A stretch of 64,000 nucleotides of DNA from Betaproteobacteria bacterium (lineage in GTDB: Bacteria > Pseudomonadota > Gammaproteobacteria > Burkholderiales > JAHFQX01), in contig JAHFQX010000008.1 in assembly GCA_023259135.1 (NCBI GenBank), forward strand, positions 3,191 to 67,190, read 5' to 3'. Position 1 is the first letter of the stretch, and every line of letters starts with the position of its first letter. A program made the position numbers and the translations under genes. Shown piece after piece: positions 40,359-49,459 of the stretch. Under the pieces are notes generated by a model. It was not told the DNA's origin. It did no database searches and saw nothing but the letters and a program-made list of their open reading frames with translations.

Positions 40359-41156
40359 ATGCATCCCATGCTCAATACCGCGGTGAAGGCCGCGCGTCGT
40401 GCCGGCGACATCATCATCCGGTTTTCCAGAAATCTGGAAGACGTCACTTTTCAAGAGAAAGCCCGCAACGATTACGTCTCGGAAGTGGATCGGCAGGCGG
40501 AGCAGGCCATCATCTCGATTTTGCTGGACGCCTATCCGAAGCACGCGATTCTAGCAGAAGAGAGCGGTGCGGCCGGCGCCTCGGAATACTGCTGGATCAT
40601 TGATCCGCTGGACGGCACCACGAATTTCCTGCACGGTTTTCCGCACTACGCCGTGTCCATTGCTCTGGCCCACCAGAACATCGTCACCCAGGCGGTCATT
40701 TACGACCCGGTGCGCAACGACTTGTTTACCGCTTCGCGGGGCAACGGCGCTTACCTCAACGACCGGCGCACCCGGGTTTCGAAATGCGGGGCGCTCAAGG
40801 ACGCGCTGTTGGGGACCGGCTTCCCATTCCGCGATATGGACCGTCTGGATGAGTATGTCGCGGCATTCCGCGTCTTTACCGGCAACACCGCGGGGATACG
40901 CCGGGCTGGTGCGGCCACCCTGGATCTGGCCTATGTGGCGGCCGGCAAGCTGGACGGTTTTTGGGAAATGGGGCTCAAGCCCTGGGACATGGCCGCCGGC
41001 GCGCTGCTGATCACCGAATCCGGCGGATTTATCGGCGATTTGCAGGGCGAAGCGGGCTTCATGGAAAGCGGCGACGTACTGGCCGGCAGCCCGAAGATTT
41101 TTGCCCGGATGTTGCACAGCTTGGAACAGGCCAAGGCCAAGCTTTTAAAGGTTTGA
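40359..41156 (+). CDS. suhB: Inositol monophosphatase family protein SuhB
   Basis: 265 aa from ATG 40359. Motifs [19 protein letters not shown], and WDMAAG. Confidence 0.9.
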   Translation: MHPMLNTAVKAARRAGDIIIRFSRNLEDVTFQEKARNDYVSEVDRQAEQAIISILLDAYPKHAILAEESGAAGASEYCWIIDPLDGTTNFLHGFPHYAVSIALAHQNIVTQAVIYDPVRNDLFTASRGNGAYLNDRRTRVSKCGALKDALLGTGFPFRDMDRLDEYVAAFRVFTGNTAGIRRAGAATLDLAYVAAGKLDGFWEMGLKPWDMAAGALLITESGGFIGDLQGEAGFMESGDVLAGSPKIFARMLHSLEQAKAKLLKV

Positions 41157-41175
41157 TGGAAGGTTGACAGCGTTG

Positions 41176-42057
41176 TCAACGCAGTTCCTCGACCCGAATC
41201 CAAATACTCCGGCGGTCGGCTTGGGCGCCTGTTGTACGACCCAGCAGGACCGATTGTTGCTCGGCGCGGTCTTGCCGCAATCCGCCGATCTCCAGCCATT
41301 CTCCCAGCTTCCCGGATACGGTGGTAGCCGCTTGCTGGATGTTCACCGAACCCGGGGCTTGCGGATTGGGGGTATTGCGCTGCGGGTTGATCTCCAAGAC
41401 GACCCGCTCGCCGTTCAGGCGCGGAACGGCGTAAAAGCCGGTGGTGACATCTCGGTATTCCACGCTGTCCATCACTCTGTCCACCACCTGTCCGCCGATC
41501 ACCCCCTGCACCACGGTACGTTGGGGCACGGGGATCGATTGACCGACGCGGATGAAGGCCGAATAGCCTTCCAGCACCTGCACCGACTGGGTGTCGCGGT
41601 CAGTTTCCGCGGCGCGGGAGTCGGTGGTGGTGATACGCAAGCCATTCTTGTCAGGAACGGTGTCCGGTGAAGCGGCGGCGCCAGGGAGGGTGATCGTGGC
41701 CCGTTCGCCGAGGGGAACGCTGCCGGAAATTTCCGCCGCCCGGCTGCGGGCATCGGCGTCGGCGTCCTGCCGCACGGTGATGAGCAGCCGGCGGGGGGCG
41801 ACGTCGATGCCGGCCAGGACGCGGCGGATTTCGGCGAGATTGGCGGGGGTGGTGCGGATGATGAGCTGGTTCTGAAAGCCGCTGATGCTGCCGTCCCGGG
41901 GGAGCAGGGGTTGCAGGATGGGGATAATCTCCGCGGACGACCGGTAATGCAGCGGAATGACTTCCACCGTCGCTTGCGCCATGGCCAGGGCGGCGTGCAG
42001 CGCCAAGGCCCCGGCGGCGATCAGCCGGAGCAGGCGGAGAGGCGATGATTGTTCCAT
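41176..42057 (-). CDS. Short secretin-like periplasmic/outer-membrane protein (NolW-like N domain plus a truncated secretin-type C region)
   Basis: Signal peptide LLRLIAAGALALHAALAMAQA. VIPLHYRSSAEIIPILQPLL...NQLIIRTTPANLAEIRRVLAGID resembles a secretin N domain. The C-terminal part (VQVLEGYSAFIRVGQSIP, VEYRDVTTGFYAVPRLNGERVVLEI, GEWLEIGGL) resembles the secretin core. The whole protein is only 293 aa. Confidence 0.55.
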   Translation of the reverse strand: MEQSSPLRLLRLIAAGALALHAALAMAQATVEVIPLHYRSSAEIIPILQPLLPRDGSISGFQNQLIIRTTPANLAEIRRVLAGIDVAPRRLLITVRQDADADARSRAAEISGSVPLGERATITLPGAAASPDTVPDKNGLRITTTDSRAAETDRDTQSVQVLEGYSAFIRVGQSIPVPQRTVVQGVIGGQVVDRVMDSVEYRDVTTGFYAVPRLNGERVVLEINPQRNTPNPQAPGSVNIQQAATTVSGKLGEWLEIGGLRQDRAEQQSVLLGRTTGAQADRRSIWIRVEELR

Positions 42058-42097
42058 GGCCTGAGATTATCCGTTTTAGCCGGGGGTTGAAAGCCTT

Positions 42098-42835
42098 TCA
42101 GAGCGCCCGCCACACCAGCATGCCGCCGGTCACCAGCAGCATGCCGGTGATGAAGCGGAACATAGCTTGCGCCGAGATGCGGGCGTGGATTTTATTGCCG
42201 ATGTAAAGGCCGGCCAGCATGGCCGGAAACCCAATCGCGGCGAGCCATAGCAGATTGTCCTGGAGCATCAAGCCGGAGACGACGTATAGGGTGATGCGCA
42301 TGGCGGTGGCGGCGGCGAAGGTCGCAGACAAGGTGGCCCGCAGCCGATGCTTGTCCTTGATGCGTCCCGAGAAATAGAGCACGTACAGGGGCCCGGCGAT
42401 GCCGAACAGGGCCCCCAGAACTCCTGCCACCAAGCCGGTGGGTACCGCCCACCAGCGGGAAATCACGCCCTGGTTGGAAAGCCCGGAGAGGTTATAGAGC
42501 GCCGCACCCACCACGAAGATGCCCAGCGCCAATTGCACCGTGCGCGGCGGCAGGCCTCCCAGCAACACAACCCCGATGATGATTCCCGCCAGCAGCAGGG
42601 GGATGACGGTCAGGGATTCTTTCCAATCCACGTGAGCACGTTCCCGGGTCGCCACCGTCAGCGAGGCCAGGCAATCGTTGAGCACCGCCATGGGCACGAC
42701 GAAATGCACCGGCAAAAACAGCGACAGCAGGGGGATCGCCACCAAGGCCGAGCCGAAGCCGGAAATGGCGAATACGGTATAGGCGCCGAACACCACCAGC
42801 GGCACCAGGGCGAAGAATTCCGGATTTATCGTCAT
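42098..42835 (-). CDS. TauE/SafE (DUF81) family anion exporter-like membrane protein
   Basis: About 245 aa from ATG 42835. Polytopic, with internally duplicated Gly-rich helices typical of the family. Confidence 0.75.
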   Translation of the reverse strand: MTINPEFFALVPLVVFGAYTVFAISGFGSALVAIPLLSLFLPVHFVVPMAVLNDCLASLTVATRERAHVDWKESLTVIPLLLAGIIIGVVLLGGLPPRTVQLALGIFVVGAALYNLSGLSNQGVISRWWAVPTGLVAGVLGALFGIAGPLYVLYFSGRIKDKHRLRATLSATFAAATAMRITLYVVSGLMLQDNLLWLAAIGFPAMLAGLYIGNKIHARISAQAMFRFITGMLLVTGGMLVWRAL

Positions 42836-42900
42836 GATGTTCTTTCCGAAAAAAATCCCCACCCCTTGACGGGACTGGGCAGCGGCCCTATAAACCGGCG

Positions 42901-44142
42901 ATGGACACCCCTTCGCTTGCCCCGGCGGAAACTTTTTCGGCCCGGACTTCCCGCAGATTCGCCCAATTGGGGCATACCTATACCCATGTGCTAACCCTGC
43001 TGTATCCCACCGTGGTGTTGGCTCTGGAATCCGAATGGTCCATGGGCTATGGTGAACTGCTGGTGCTGATGACCGTCGGCAACGTGTTGTTCGGCGCGGG
43101 AGCTCTGCCCGCCGGCTGGCTGGGGGATCGTTGGAGCACCCTGGGCATGATGGTGGTGTTTTTCATCGGCATGGGCCTGTCGGCCATTGCCACCGGCTTC
43201 GTGTCCTCGCCCCTGGGCATGACCTTGGGATTGGCGGCCATCGGCCTGTTCGCTTCCATCTATCATCCCGTGGGCATGGCGTGGCTGGTGCGCAACGCGG
43301 TGAACCGGGGCCGGACATTGGGGCTCAACGGAGTATACGGCAGCGTCGGCGTGGCCAGCGCCGGACTGGTGGCGGGAGTGCTCACCGACTGGATCAGTTG
43401 GCGGGCCGCTTTCATCGTGCCCGGATGCGTCTCGCTGCTCACCGGCTTGCTGCTCTTGCGGCTGGTTGTTTCCGGCCGCATCGCCGATACGCGCCAGGAT
43501 GTCGTCGCGGCGGCCGACCTTGAGCGGGGCGAGGCTTGGCGGGCGTTTGCGGTGTTGTCGGTGACCATGCTGCTGACCGGCTTGGTGTTTCACTCGGTGT
43601 ATACCGCTTTGCCGAAGTTTTTTGCCACCGCCGCCGTGGGCCTGTCGGGGGGCACCGCCGCCGGGGCCGGGACCTTGGCCGCCGTGGTTTATTTTCTGAG
43701 CATGAGCGCCCACTTGCTGGGAGGGCGGTTGGCGGATCGTCATTCCCTGCGTTTCTTGTATCTAATGTGTTACGCCGTGCTGGGGCCGGTGCTGCTGGCG
43801 GCCGCCGCGGCCCACGGCGGCTTGCTGGTGGCGGCTACCGCCTTGGCGGTATGGATGAATACCTTGGCGATCCCCGTGGAGAATGTCCTATTGTCCCATT
43901 ACAGCCCGGCTAAATGGCGGGGCACGGCGTTCGGCGCGAAATTCCTGCTGTCCTTGGGAGTCAGCGCCTTGGCGGTGCCCCTGGTGGCCTTGGTTTACCG
44001 GCTGAGCGGCGGATTCTTCTGGCTGTTCGTGCTGCTGGGCGCGGCTTCCCTGACGGTGGCCGCGGTGGGGCTGGCCTTGCCGGCGGATCGGAAGCGGATC
44101 CCCGCAGCCGAACCGGTCGCGACCGAACCCGCCGCATCGTAA
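42901..44142 (+). CDS. MFS transporter
   Basis: 413 aa, about 12 hydrophobic segments. The loop motif GWLGDRWS is typical of MFS. Confidence 0.75.
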   Translation: MDTPSLAPAETFSARTSRRFAQLGHTYTHVLTLLYPTVVLALESEWSMGYGELLVLMTVGNVLFGAGALPAGWLGDRWSTLGMMVVFFIGMGLSAIATGFVSSPLGMTLGLAAIGLFASIYHPVGMAWLVRNAVNRGRTLGLNGVYGSVGVASAGLVAGVLTDWISWRAAFIVPGCVSLLTGLLLLRLVVSGRIADTRQDVVAAADLERGEAWRAFAVLSVTMLLTGLVFHSVYTALPKFFATAAVGLSGGTAAGAGTLAAVVYFLSMSAHLLGGRLADRHSLRFLYLMCYAVLGPVLLAAAAAHGGLLVAATALAVWMNTLAIPVENVLLSHYSPAKWRGTAFGAKFLLSLGVSALAVPLVALVYRLSGGFFWLFVLLGAASLTVAAVGLALPADRKRIPAAEPVATEPAAS

Positions 44143-44147
44143 TCCGT

Positions 44148-45383
44148 TCAGCGCCGTAGGCCCACCACGCCCCGGCCTGCCAGGGCGCCGATCGCCGCTT
44201 CATCCATTCCCAAAATATCCCGCAGAATCTCCGCCGTGTGCTGGCCCAGCACCGGCGGCGGATCCCGATATTCCACTGGGGTTTCGGAAAAGCGCAGGGG
44301 ACTGGCGATGAGCCTGACCTTGCCGGCGACGGGGTGGGGCATTTCCAGCACCGTTTCTCTGTGCCGCACCTGGGGATCCTCGAACGCCTCGGCGACGTTG
44401 TTCACCGGGCCGCAGGGAATGCCGGCCGGTTCCAGAGCTTTCAGCCACTCCATGCTGGTCCGCGTTTTCATGACGTCCTGCAGCATCGGGATGAGGATAT
44501 CGCGATGGGCGACCCGCGCCGCGGCGGTGGAAAACCGCGGGTCTTGGGCGATGTCGGTCCGTCCGGCGATTTCGCAAAAACGGACGAACTGATCGTTGTT
44601 GCCGACCGCCAGGATGACTTGGCCGTCCTTGCTCGGGAACAGTTGATAGGGCACGGCGTTGCCGTGGCTGTTGCCGAGTCGGCCAGGGATTTTGCCGTCG
44701 GACAGATAGATGGTGCCCACGTTCATCAGCATGGCCATCGAGCAATCCAGCAGCGCAAGGTCGATATATTGCCCAACGCCGGTGACATCCCGGTGGGCCA
44801 GCGCTCCCAGCACCGCGATGGTGGCGTACATGCCGGCCATGATGTCGGTGACGGCGACGCCGATTTTCTGAGGCCCGGCTCCCGGTTGGCCGTCGGGAAC
44901 CCCGGTAATGCTCATGAGGCCGCTCATGCCCTGGAACACGAAATCGTAGCCGGCCATGGAACTGTAGGGACCGGTCTGGCCATAGCCCGTGACCGAGCAG
45001 TAGATGAGCCGCGGGTTGATTTCCTTCAGCGTCGCGTAATCCAGCCCGTAGCGCTGGAGATTCCCCACCTTGTAGTTCTCAATGAAAATATCCGATTCCT
45101 TGGCCAGGCGGCGCAGAATCTCCTGGCCTTCGGGCCGGGCAATGTCGAGTTCGAGGGATTTCTTGCTGCGGTTGACGCAGGGGAAGTAAGCGCTTTCCCG
45201 GGTGGATTCACCGTCCGGGGTTTTCATGAAGGGGGGCGCGAAGCCGCGGGTGTCGTCTCCTTTGCCGGGGCGCTCCACCTTGATGATTTCCGCGCCCATG
45301 TCGCCGAGAATCTGGGTGCCCCAGGGGCCGGCCACCACCCGGGTGAGGTCGAGGACGCGAATGTGGGATAAAGGACCTGCCAT
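44148..45383 (-). CDS. Family III (CaiB/BaiF) CoA-transferase
   Basis: 411 aa from ATG 45383 (GGAGG upstream). LSHIRVLDLTRVVAGPWGTQILGDMGAEIIKVERPGKGDDTR. Confidence 0.85.
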   Translation of the reverse strand: MAGPLSHIRVLDLTRVVAGPWGTQILGDMGAEIIKVERPGKGDDTRGFAPPFMKTPDGESTRESAYFPCVNRSKKSLELDIARPEGQEILRRLAKESDIFIENYKVGNLQRYGLDYATLKEINPRLIYCSVTGYGQTGPYSSMAGYDFVFQGMSGLMSITGVPDGQPGAGPQKIGVAVTDIMAGMYATIAVLGALAHRDVTGVGQYIDLALLDCSMAMLMNVGTIYLSDGKIPGRLGNSHGNAVPYQLFPSKDGQVILAVGNNDQFVRFCEIAGRTDIAQDPRFSTAAARVAHRDILIPMLQDVMKTRTSMEWLKALEPAGIPCGPVNNVAEAFEDPQVRHRETVLEMPHPVAGKVRLIASPLRFSETPVEYRDPPPVLGQHTAEILRDILGMDEAAIGALAGRGVVGLRR

Positions 45384-45531
45384 GGTGCTATTCCTCCTGG
45401 GATGTTGTCCGGATGTTTCGCCTCGAATGTAGCCGAATGCGGCAAGCAGGGCAATGGCGGCAGGGAATTCGGCTTGTGTACAGGCGGGCTTTGTTATAAT
45501 CCCCAAGCGTTTACCCACTTAGGAGGATCCC

Positions 45532-46161
45532 ATGAAAGTCTCAAGCGACAGCTTCGGCGACCACCAGCGGATACCCGGCGAATATGCCTTCGCCGTTCCC
45601 GATCCTGCCACCCGTATGGCCCTTTCCAAGAACCGCAATCCCCATCTCGCCTGGAGCGACCTGCCCGCCGGCACCCGCTCCCTGGCGGTGATCTGCCACG
45701 ATCGGGACGTGCCCAGCAAGCTAGACGATTTCAACCAGGAAGGCCGGGTGATTTCGGCGAGCCTACCCCGGGTGGATTTCTACCACTGGACTCTGGTGGA
45801 TTTGGAGCCCAACGGCGGACCGATCCGCGCCGGGGAGTTCTCCGACGGCATTACTCCACACGGCAAGCCGGGACCGGCGGCGCCCCGCGGTGCCCGGCAG
45901 GGGATCAACGGTTACGGCCCATTCTTTGCCGGGGACAAGGACATGGCGGGAGATTATTACGGCTATGACGGGCCCTGTCCGCCGTGGAACGACGAGCTGC
46001 CCCATCGCTACGTATTCACCGTCTACGCTCTGGATATTCTCCGTTGCCCGCTGGAAGGCAAGTTCACCGCCGAGGACGTGCTCAAGGCGATCCAAGGCCA
46101 CGTGCTGGGCCAGGCGGCGGTCACGGGGGTTTACAGCATGAATCCCGACGTCAAGATTTGA
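45532..46161 (+). CDS. YbhB/YbcL (PEBP/Raf-kinase-inhibitor-like) family protein
   Basis: 209 aa with AGGAGG upstream. Motifs DRDVPS...FYHWTLVDL and HRYVFTVYALD. Confidence 0.8.
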   Translation: MKVSSDSFGDHQRIPGEYAFAVPDPATRMALSKNRNPHLAWSDLPAGTRSLAVICHDRDVPSKLDDFNQEGRVISASLPRVDFYHWTLVDLEPNGGPIRAGEFSDGITPHGKPGPAAPRGARQGINGYGPFFAGDKDMAGDYYGYDGPCPPWNDELPHRYVFTVYALDILRCPLEGKFTAEDVLKAIQGHVLGQAAVTGVYSMNPDVKI

Positions 46162-46191
46162 TTCTCCTGGCCTCAGCCGGAAGCAAGTCGG

Positions 46192-46213
46192 AAGGGCCGC
46201 GAATGCGGCCCTT
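46192..46213. terminator. Perfect 9-bp GC-rich hairpin between convergent genes
   Basis: AAGGGCCGC-gaat-GCGGCCCTT. No strong U-tract. Confidence 0.5.
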
Positions 46214-46246
46214 GTCGATTGATTAATGAGTTGCTGAACTGCGAGG

Positions 46247-47206
46247 CTATGCGGGCTCCAGGGTGATGGCGAATTGCTCCGCCAGATTGTAGGAAATTCC
46301 GTGGACCGTTCCTTCTCCCAGGGCGATGCAGAGTTTCCTGGCCCGCACGTCTTCCACCCAGCGCGGATTCGCGGCATCGGCCCGTCGCTGGGCGATGATT
46401 TTCATGCGCGCCACTTCCCGCAAGGCGGCGGGGAGCTCCGTTGCCAGTTGATCGAAGTCGGCCAAGATTTGTTGCCGGGTGGGAGCGGGGATGCTGCCGT
46501 TTTGCACCTTGATGTCGAACATCAGGGCGATGCCGCGTTGCGACGCCAAGCCGTATTCCCCGGCCAGCCGGCGAGCCGATTGATGCAAGGCCTCGGCGGC
46601 GCGGGTCTGGATGGCCTGGAATTCGGCAGTGCGGCACAGCGCCTTGAAGCGGCCCCGCCACGGTTCATAAATCTGGTGCTTGACGGGATGCTGAATGGAA
46701 CGGGCGAAATCCAGTTGGGCGTCCCGGTCTCCGGAAAGCGTCTCCAGCAACATGGCGTCATCGGGGCGAAACAGCTCGCGGAACAGCACTCCATGGCGGC
46801 GGGCCATTTCCAGCAGCAGGGGTTGCAGGCTGCCCTGGCCGAAATTCCATTGGAGCACCCCGAGGCTCAGGCCCTGACCGTCGAAATCTCCGGAAAGGCC
46901 GGTAAAGCATTCGGGAATGCCGCTGTCGGTTTCAAAAGCTCCGGCCAGGGCCAGGCAGCGATAGGCCAGGGATTGGGAGGCGAGGATGGCGGCGGGGATG
47001 GATTCGCCGAACAGGGCTTGCCAGGTCACGGAGCCCACCACCCCATCCAGGGCCAGCCGGCGCTCGGCCTGGAAGCGCTTGACCGCGGTCTCGGTGGCGC
47101 CGCCGAAATAGCCATCCAACAACCCCCGGTAGTGACCCAAGGTCTGAAGACGGATTTGAATCGAGGCGACTTCGCCGCCGGTGGAGCCGAGGCGGAATAC
47201 GGTCAT
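46247..47206 (-). CDS. Peptidoglycan-binding-domain protein with a lysozyme-superfamily-like C-terminal domain; no signal peptide
   Basis: The N-terminus starts directly with a PG_binding_1-like repeat (GSTGGEVASIQIRLQTLGHYRGLLDGYFGGATETAVKRFQ). The C-terminal ~250 aa has AGAFETDSG...DFDGQGLSLGVLQWNFG, which recalls a Glu/Asp catalytic pair as in chitosanase or lysozyme folds. The functional call is weak. Confidence 0.55.
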   Translation of the reverse strand: MTVFRLGSTGGEVASIQIRLQTLGHYRGLLDGYFGGATETAVKRFQAERRLALDGVVGSVTWQALFGESIPAAILASQSLAYRCLALAGAFETDSGIPECFTGLSGDFDGQGLSLGVLQWNFGQGSLQPLLLEMARRHGVLFRELFRPDDAMLLETLSGDRDAQLDFARSIQHPVKHQIYEPWRGRFKALCRTAEFQAIQTRAAEALHQSARRLAGEYGLASQRGIALMFDIKVQNGSIPAPTRQQILADFDQLATELPAALREVARMKIIAQRRADAANPRWVEDVRARKLCIALGEGTVHGISYNLAEQFAITLEPA

Positions 47207-47356
47207 CGCGGTTTCCTCTGAGCGGATGTCGGCAATGTTAGCGTTTTCGCGGCGCGGCGGCGAGGAGCGGGTTGCGGCAGGAGCGCCGCCCGTGCCCGAC
47301 GGGATCGGTTAAAATGGAATTTGTAGAGCCGGTTCCGAAAGCGGCTCGGGAACATA

Positions 47357-48592
47357 GTGGAGGGGGTATTGATGGGTGAACAGGTTCGAGGGTGGCGGAC
47401 TCCCGCGGTGGTGATTCTGTGCGCTTGCCTGATTCTGACCTTGGCCATGGGGGCGAGGCAGACGTTCGGCTTGTTTCTGCGGCCCATGACCGGGGACTTG
47501 CAATTGGGCCGGGAGGCCTTCGCCTTCGCCATTGCCCTGCAAAACCTGATTTGGGGATTCGGGCAGCCGGTGGCCGGAATGTTCGCCGACAAATTCGGCG
47601 CGGCCCGGGTGATCGTGCTGGCGGCCATCACTTACACCATCGGCTTGGTGGTGATGCATGGCGCGTCCACTCCCATCGGCCTGGATTTGGCCGGAGCGTT
47701 GATCGGCCTGGGCCTCTCCGGCACCGGTTCCGGCTTGGTGGTGGGAGTGGTGGCCCGCAACGTGGCTCCGGAAAAGCGCAGCCTGGCCTTCGGCATCGTG
47801 GCGGCCGGCGGGTCCTTCGGCCAATTCATCATGGTGCCTTACGGCCAGGCCCTCATTACCGGTCTGGGCTGGCAGCAGGCGCTGCTGGGCTTGGCGGCGA
47901 CGGTGGCGTTAGTCATTCCTTTATCCTGGGCGATGGTGAGTTCGGCTCATCAAACGGCGGTGGCGGTGGCGGGCCAATCGGTGCGTGAGGCCCTCAAGGA
48001 AGCGGCCGAACACAAAGGCTTCTGGCTGTTGACCGGCGGCTTTTTCGTCTGCGGCTTTCAGGTGATCTTCATCGGCCTGCATTTGCCGGCTTATCTGATG
48101 GACCAGGGAATGACGCCGACGGTGGCCACTACCGCCTTGGCGCTGATCGGTTTGTTCAACATCTTCGGCTCCTTCACGGCGGGTTGGCTGGGCGGACGCT
48201 ATAGCAAGAAACACCTGCTCTCCGGGATTTATTTCCTGCGCAGCGTGTTGATCACCGCTTTCATTCTGCTGCCCACCAGCCCATTGACCGCCTATGTGTT
48301 CGCGGCGGGAATGGGATTCCTGTGGCTGGGCACCATGCCGCTGACCAACGGCATGGTGGCGCAGATCTTCGGGGTGCGCTATCTCTCCATGCTGTATGGC
48401 GGGGTGTTCGTCGGCCACCAGTTGGGCAGCTTCATGGGCGCCTGGGCGGGAGGCTACATCTATGACGCCACCGGTTCCTATGATCTGGTTTGGCTGATCG
48501 CCATCGCCTTGGGGGTGCTGGCCGCGGCGCTGAATCTCCCCATCAACGAGGGCAGCCTGCCCAGGAAAGAGTTGCGGGGACAACCGGCATGA
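47357..48592 (+). CDS. MFS transporter
   Basis: About 405-411 aa (GTG 47357 or ATG 47372), 12 hydrophobic segments. Confidence 0.75.
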   Translation: MEGVLMGEQVRGWRTPAVVILCACLILTLAMGARQTFGLFLRPMTGDLQLGREAFAFAIALQNLIWGFGQPVAGMFADKFGAARVIVLAAITYTIGLVVMHGASTPIGLDLAGALIGLGLSGTGSGLVVGVVARNVAPEKRSLAFGIVAAGGSFGQFIMVPYGQALITGLGWQQALLGLAATVALVIPLSWAMVSSAHQTAVAVAGQSVREALKEAAEHKGFWLLTGGFFVCGFQVIFIGLHLPAYLMDQGMTPTVATTALALIGLFNIFGSFTAGWLGGRYSKKHLLSGIYFLRSVLITAFILLPTSPLTAYVFAAGMGFLWLGTMPLTNGMVAQIFGVRYLSMLYGGVFVGHQLGSFMGAWAGGYIYDATGSYDLVWLIAIALGVLAAALNLPINEGSLPRKELRGQPA

Positions 48593-48726
48593 TGGCCTCC
48601 CGCCTGCTGGACCGGTGGCTGTGGATGGTCGCGTTGTTGGCCGTCGCTTTGCTGTTGGCCGCCGCCTGGTCGGGTTACTTTAGCCCGGAATTGCTGCTGG
48701 ATCTGGCCGACCGCCGGTTCTGCTAA
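48589..48726 (+). CDS. Possible 45-aa single-pass membrane peptide, translationally coupled to the MFS gene
   Basis: Its ATG overlaps the MFS stop (ATGA). MMASRLLDRWLWMVALLAVALLLAAAWSGYF... contains one TM helix. There is no other support. Confidence 0.3.
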   Translation: MMASRLLDRWLWMVALLAVALLLAAAWSGYFSPELLLDLADRRFC

Positions 48727-48756
48727 GACCGGCCGCCGCGAGACCGAGAGCAAGCG

Positions 48757-49428
48757 GTGGAGGCGGAGCGGCTGTGGTGGGTCGGAGCAAGCTGGATCGG
48801 CTATTTTTTGATTCATTCCCTGCTGGCTGCGACAGCCGTTAAAACCCGTGTCGGCTCCGTATGGCCGCGGGCCATGCCGGCGTACCGTCTAGTTTACAAC
48901 GGCATCGCGCTGATACTGCTGCCCATTCCGCTGTGGCTGGCCGCCACCGATCCCGGACCCTATTTATGGCGCTGGAGCGGCTGGTTGGGTTGGGGCGCCC
49001 AGTTCCTCGACGCAGTCGCGATCTTGGGTTTCCTGTGGAGCTTGCGTTACTACCCGCTGGGGGAATTTCTCGGGTCGGCCCCATGGCGCGACCGACGCGG
49101 GCCCGATGCCGGAGCGGGAGGGTTGCGTATCTCGCCGATGCATCGATTCGTGCGACACCCTTGGTATTTTTTCGGACTGGCGCTGCTTTGGACCCAGGAC
49201 ATGAATCCGGCGTGGTTGCTAAGCGCCGGGCTGACGACCGCCTATCTGATGGTGGGCTCCCGCCTGGAAGAGGGGAAGCTGACGGAGCGCTACGGCGAGG
49301 CCTACCGGCTTTACCGCAAGCAGGTTCCCGGCTTGCTGCCCTTGCCTTGGCGGCGTTTGTCCCGTGAACAAGCGGCTGCCTTGGAACGGGCCGCCGCTGA
49401 AGAAAAAAATCTCCCGCTCGGCGTGTAG
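48757..49428 (+). CDS. Membrane methyltransferase-family protein (ICMT/PEMT-like)
   Basis: 223 aa and polytopic. It carries the RHPWYFFG motif typical of isoprenylcysteine/phospholipid methyltransferase-like proteins. Confidence 0.6.
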   Translation: MEAERLWWVGASWIGYFLIHSLLAATAVKTRVGSVWPRAMPAYRLVYNGIALILLPIPLWLAATDPGPYLWRWSGWLGWGAQFLDAVAILGFLWSLRYYPLGEFLGSAPWRDRRGPDAGAGGLRISPMHRFVRHPWYFFGLALLWTQDMNPAWLLSAGLTTAYLMVGSRLEEGKLTERYGEAYRLYRKQVPGLLPLPWRRLSREQAAALERAAAEEKNLPLGV

Positions 49429-49441
49429 AGCGGGAGATTTG
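49403..49441 (-). terminator. Strong intrinsic terminator closing the long minus-strand dctQ...Bug operon (weaker in the + direction)
   Basis: Perfect 10-bp stem ATCTCCCGCT / AGCGGGAGAT with a 10-nt loop. On the minus strand it is followed by T7 (the A7 at 49403-49409). It overlaps the last codons of the methyltransferase gene. Confidence 0.7.
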
Positions 49442-49459
49442 TCGGGAGATCCCAGCGGC

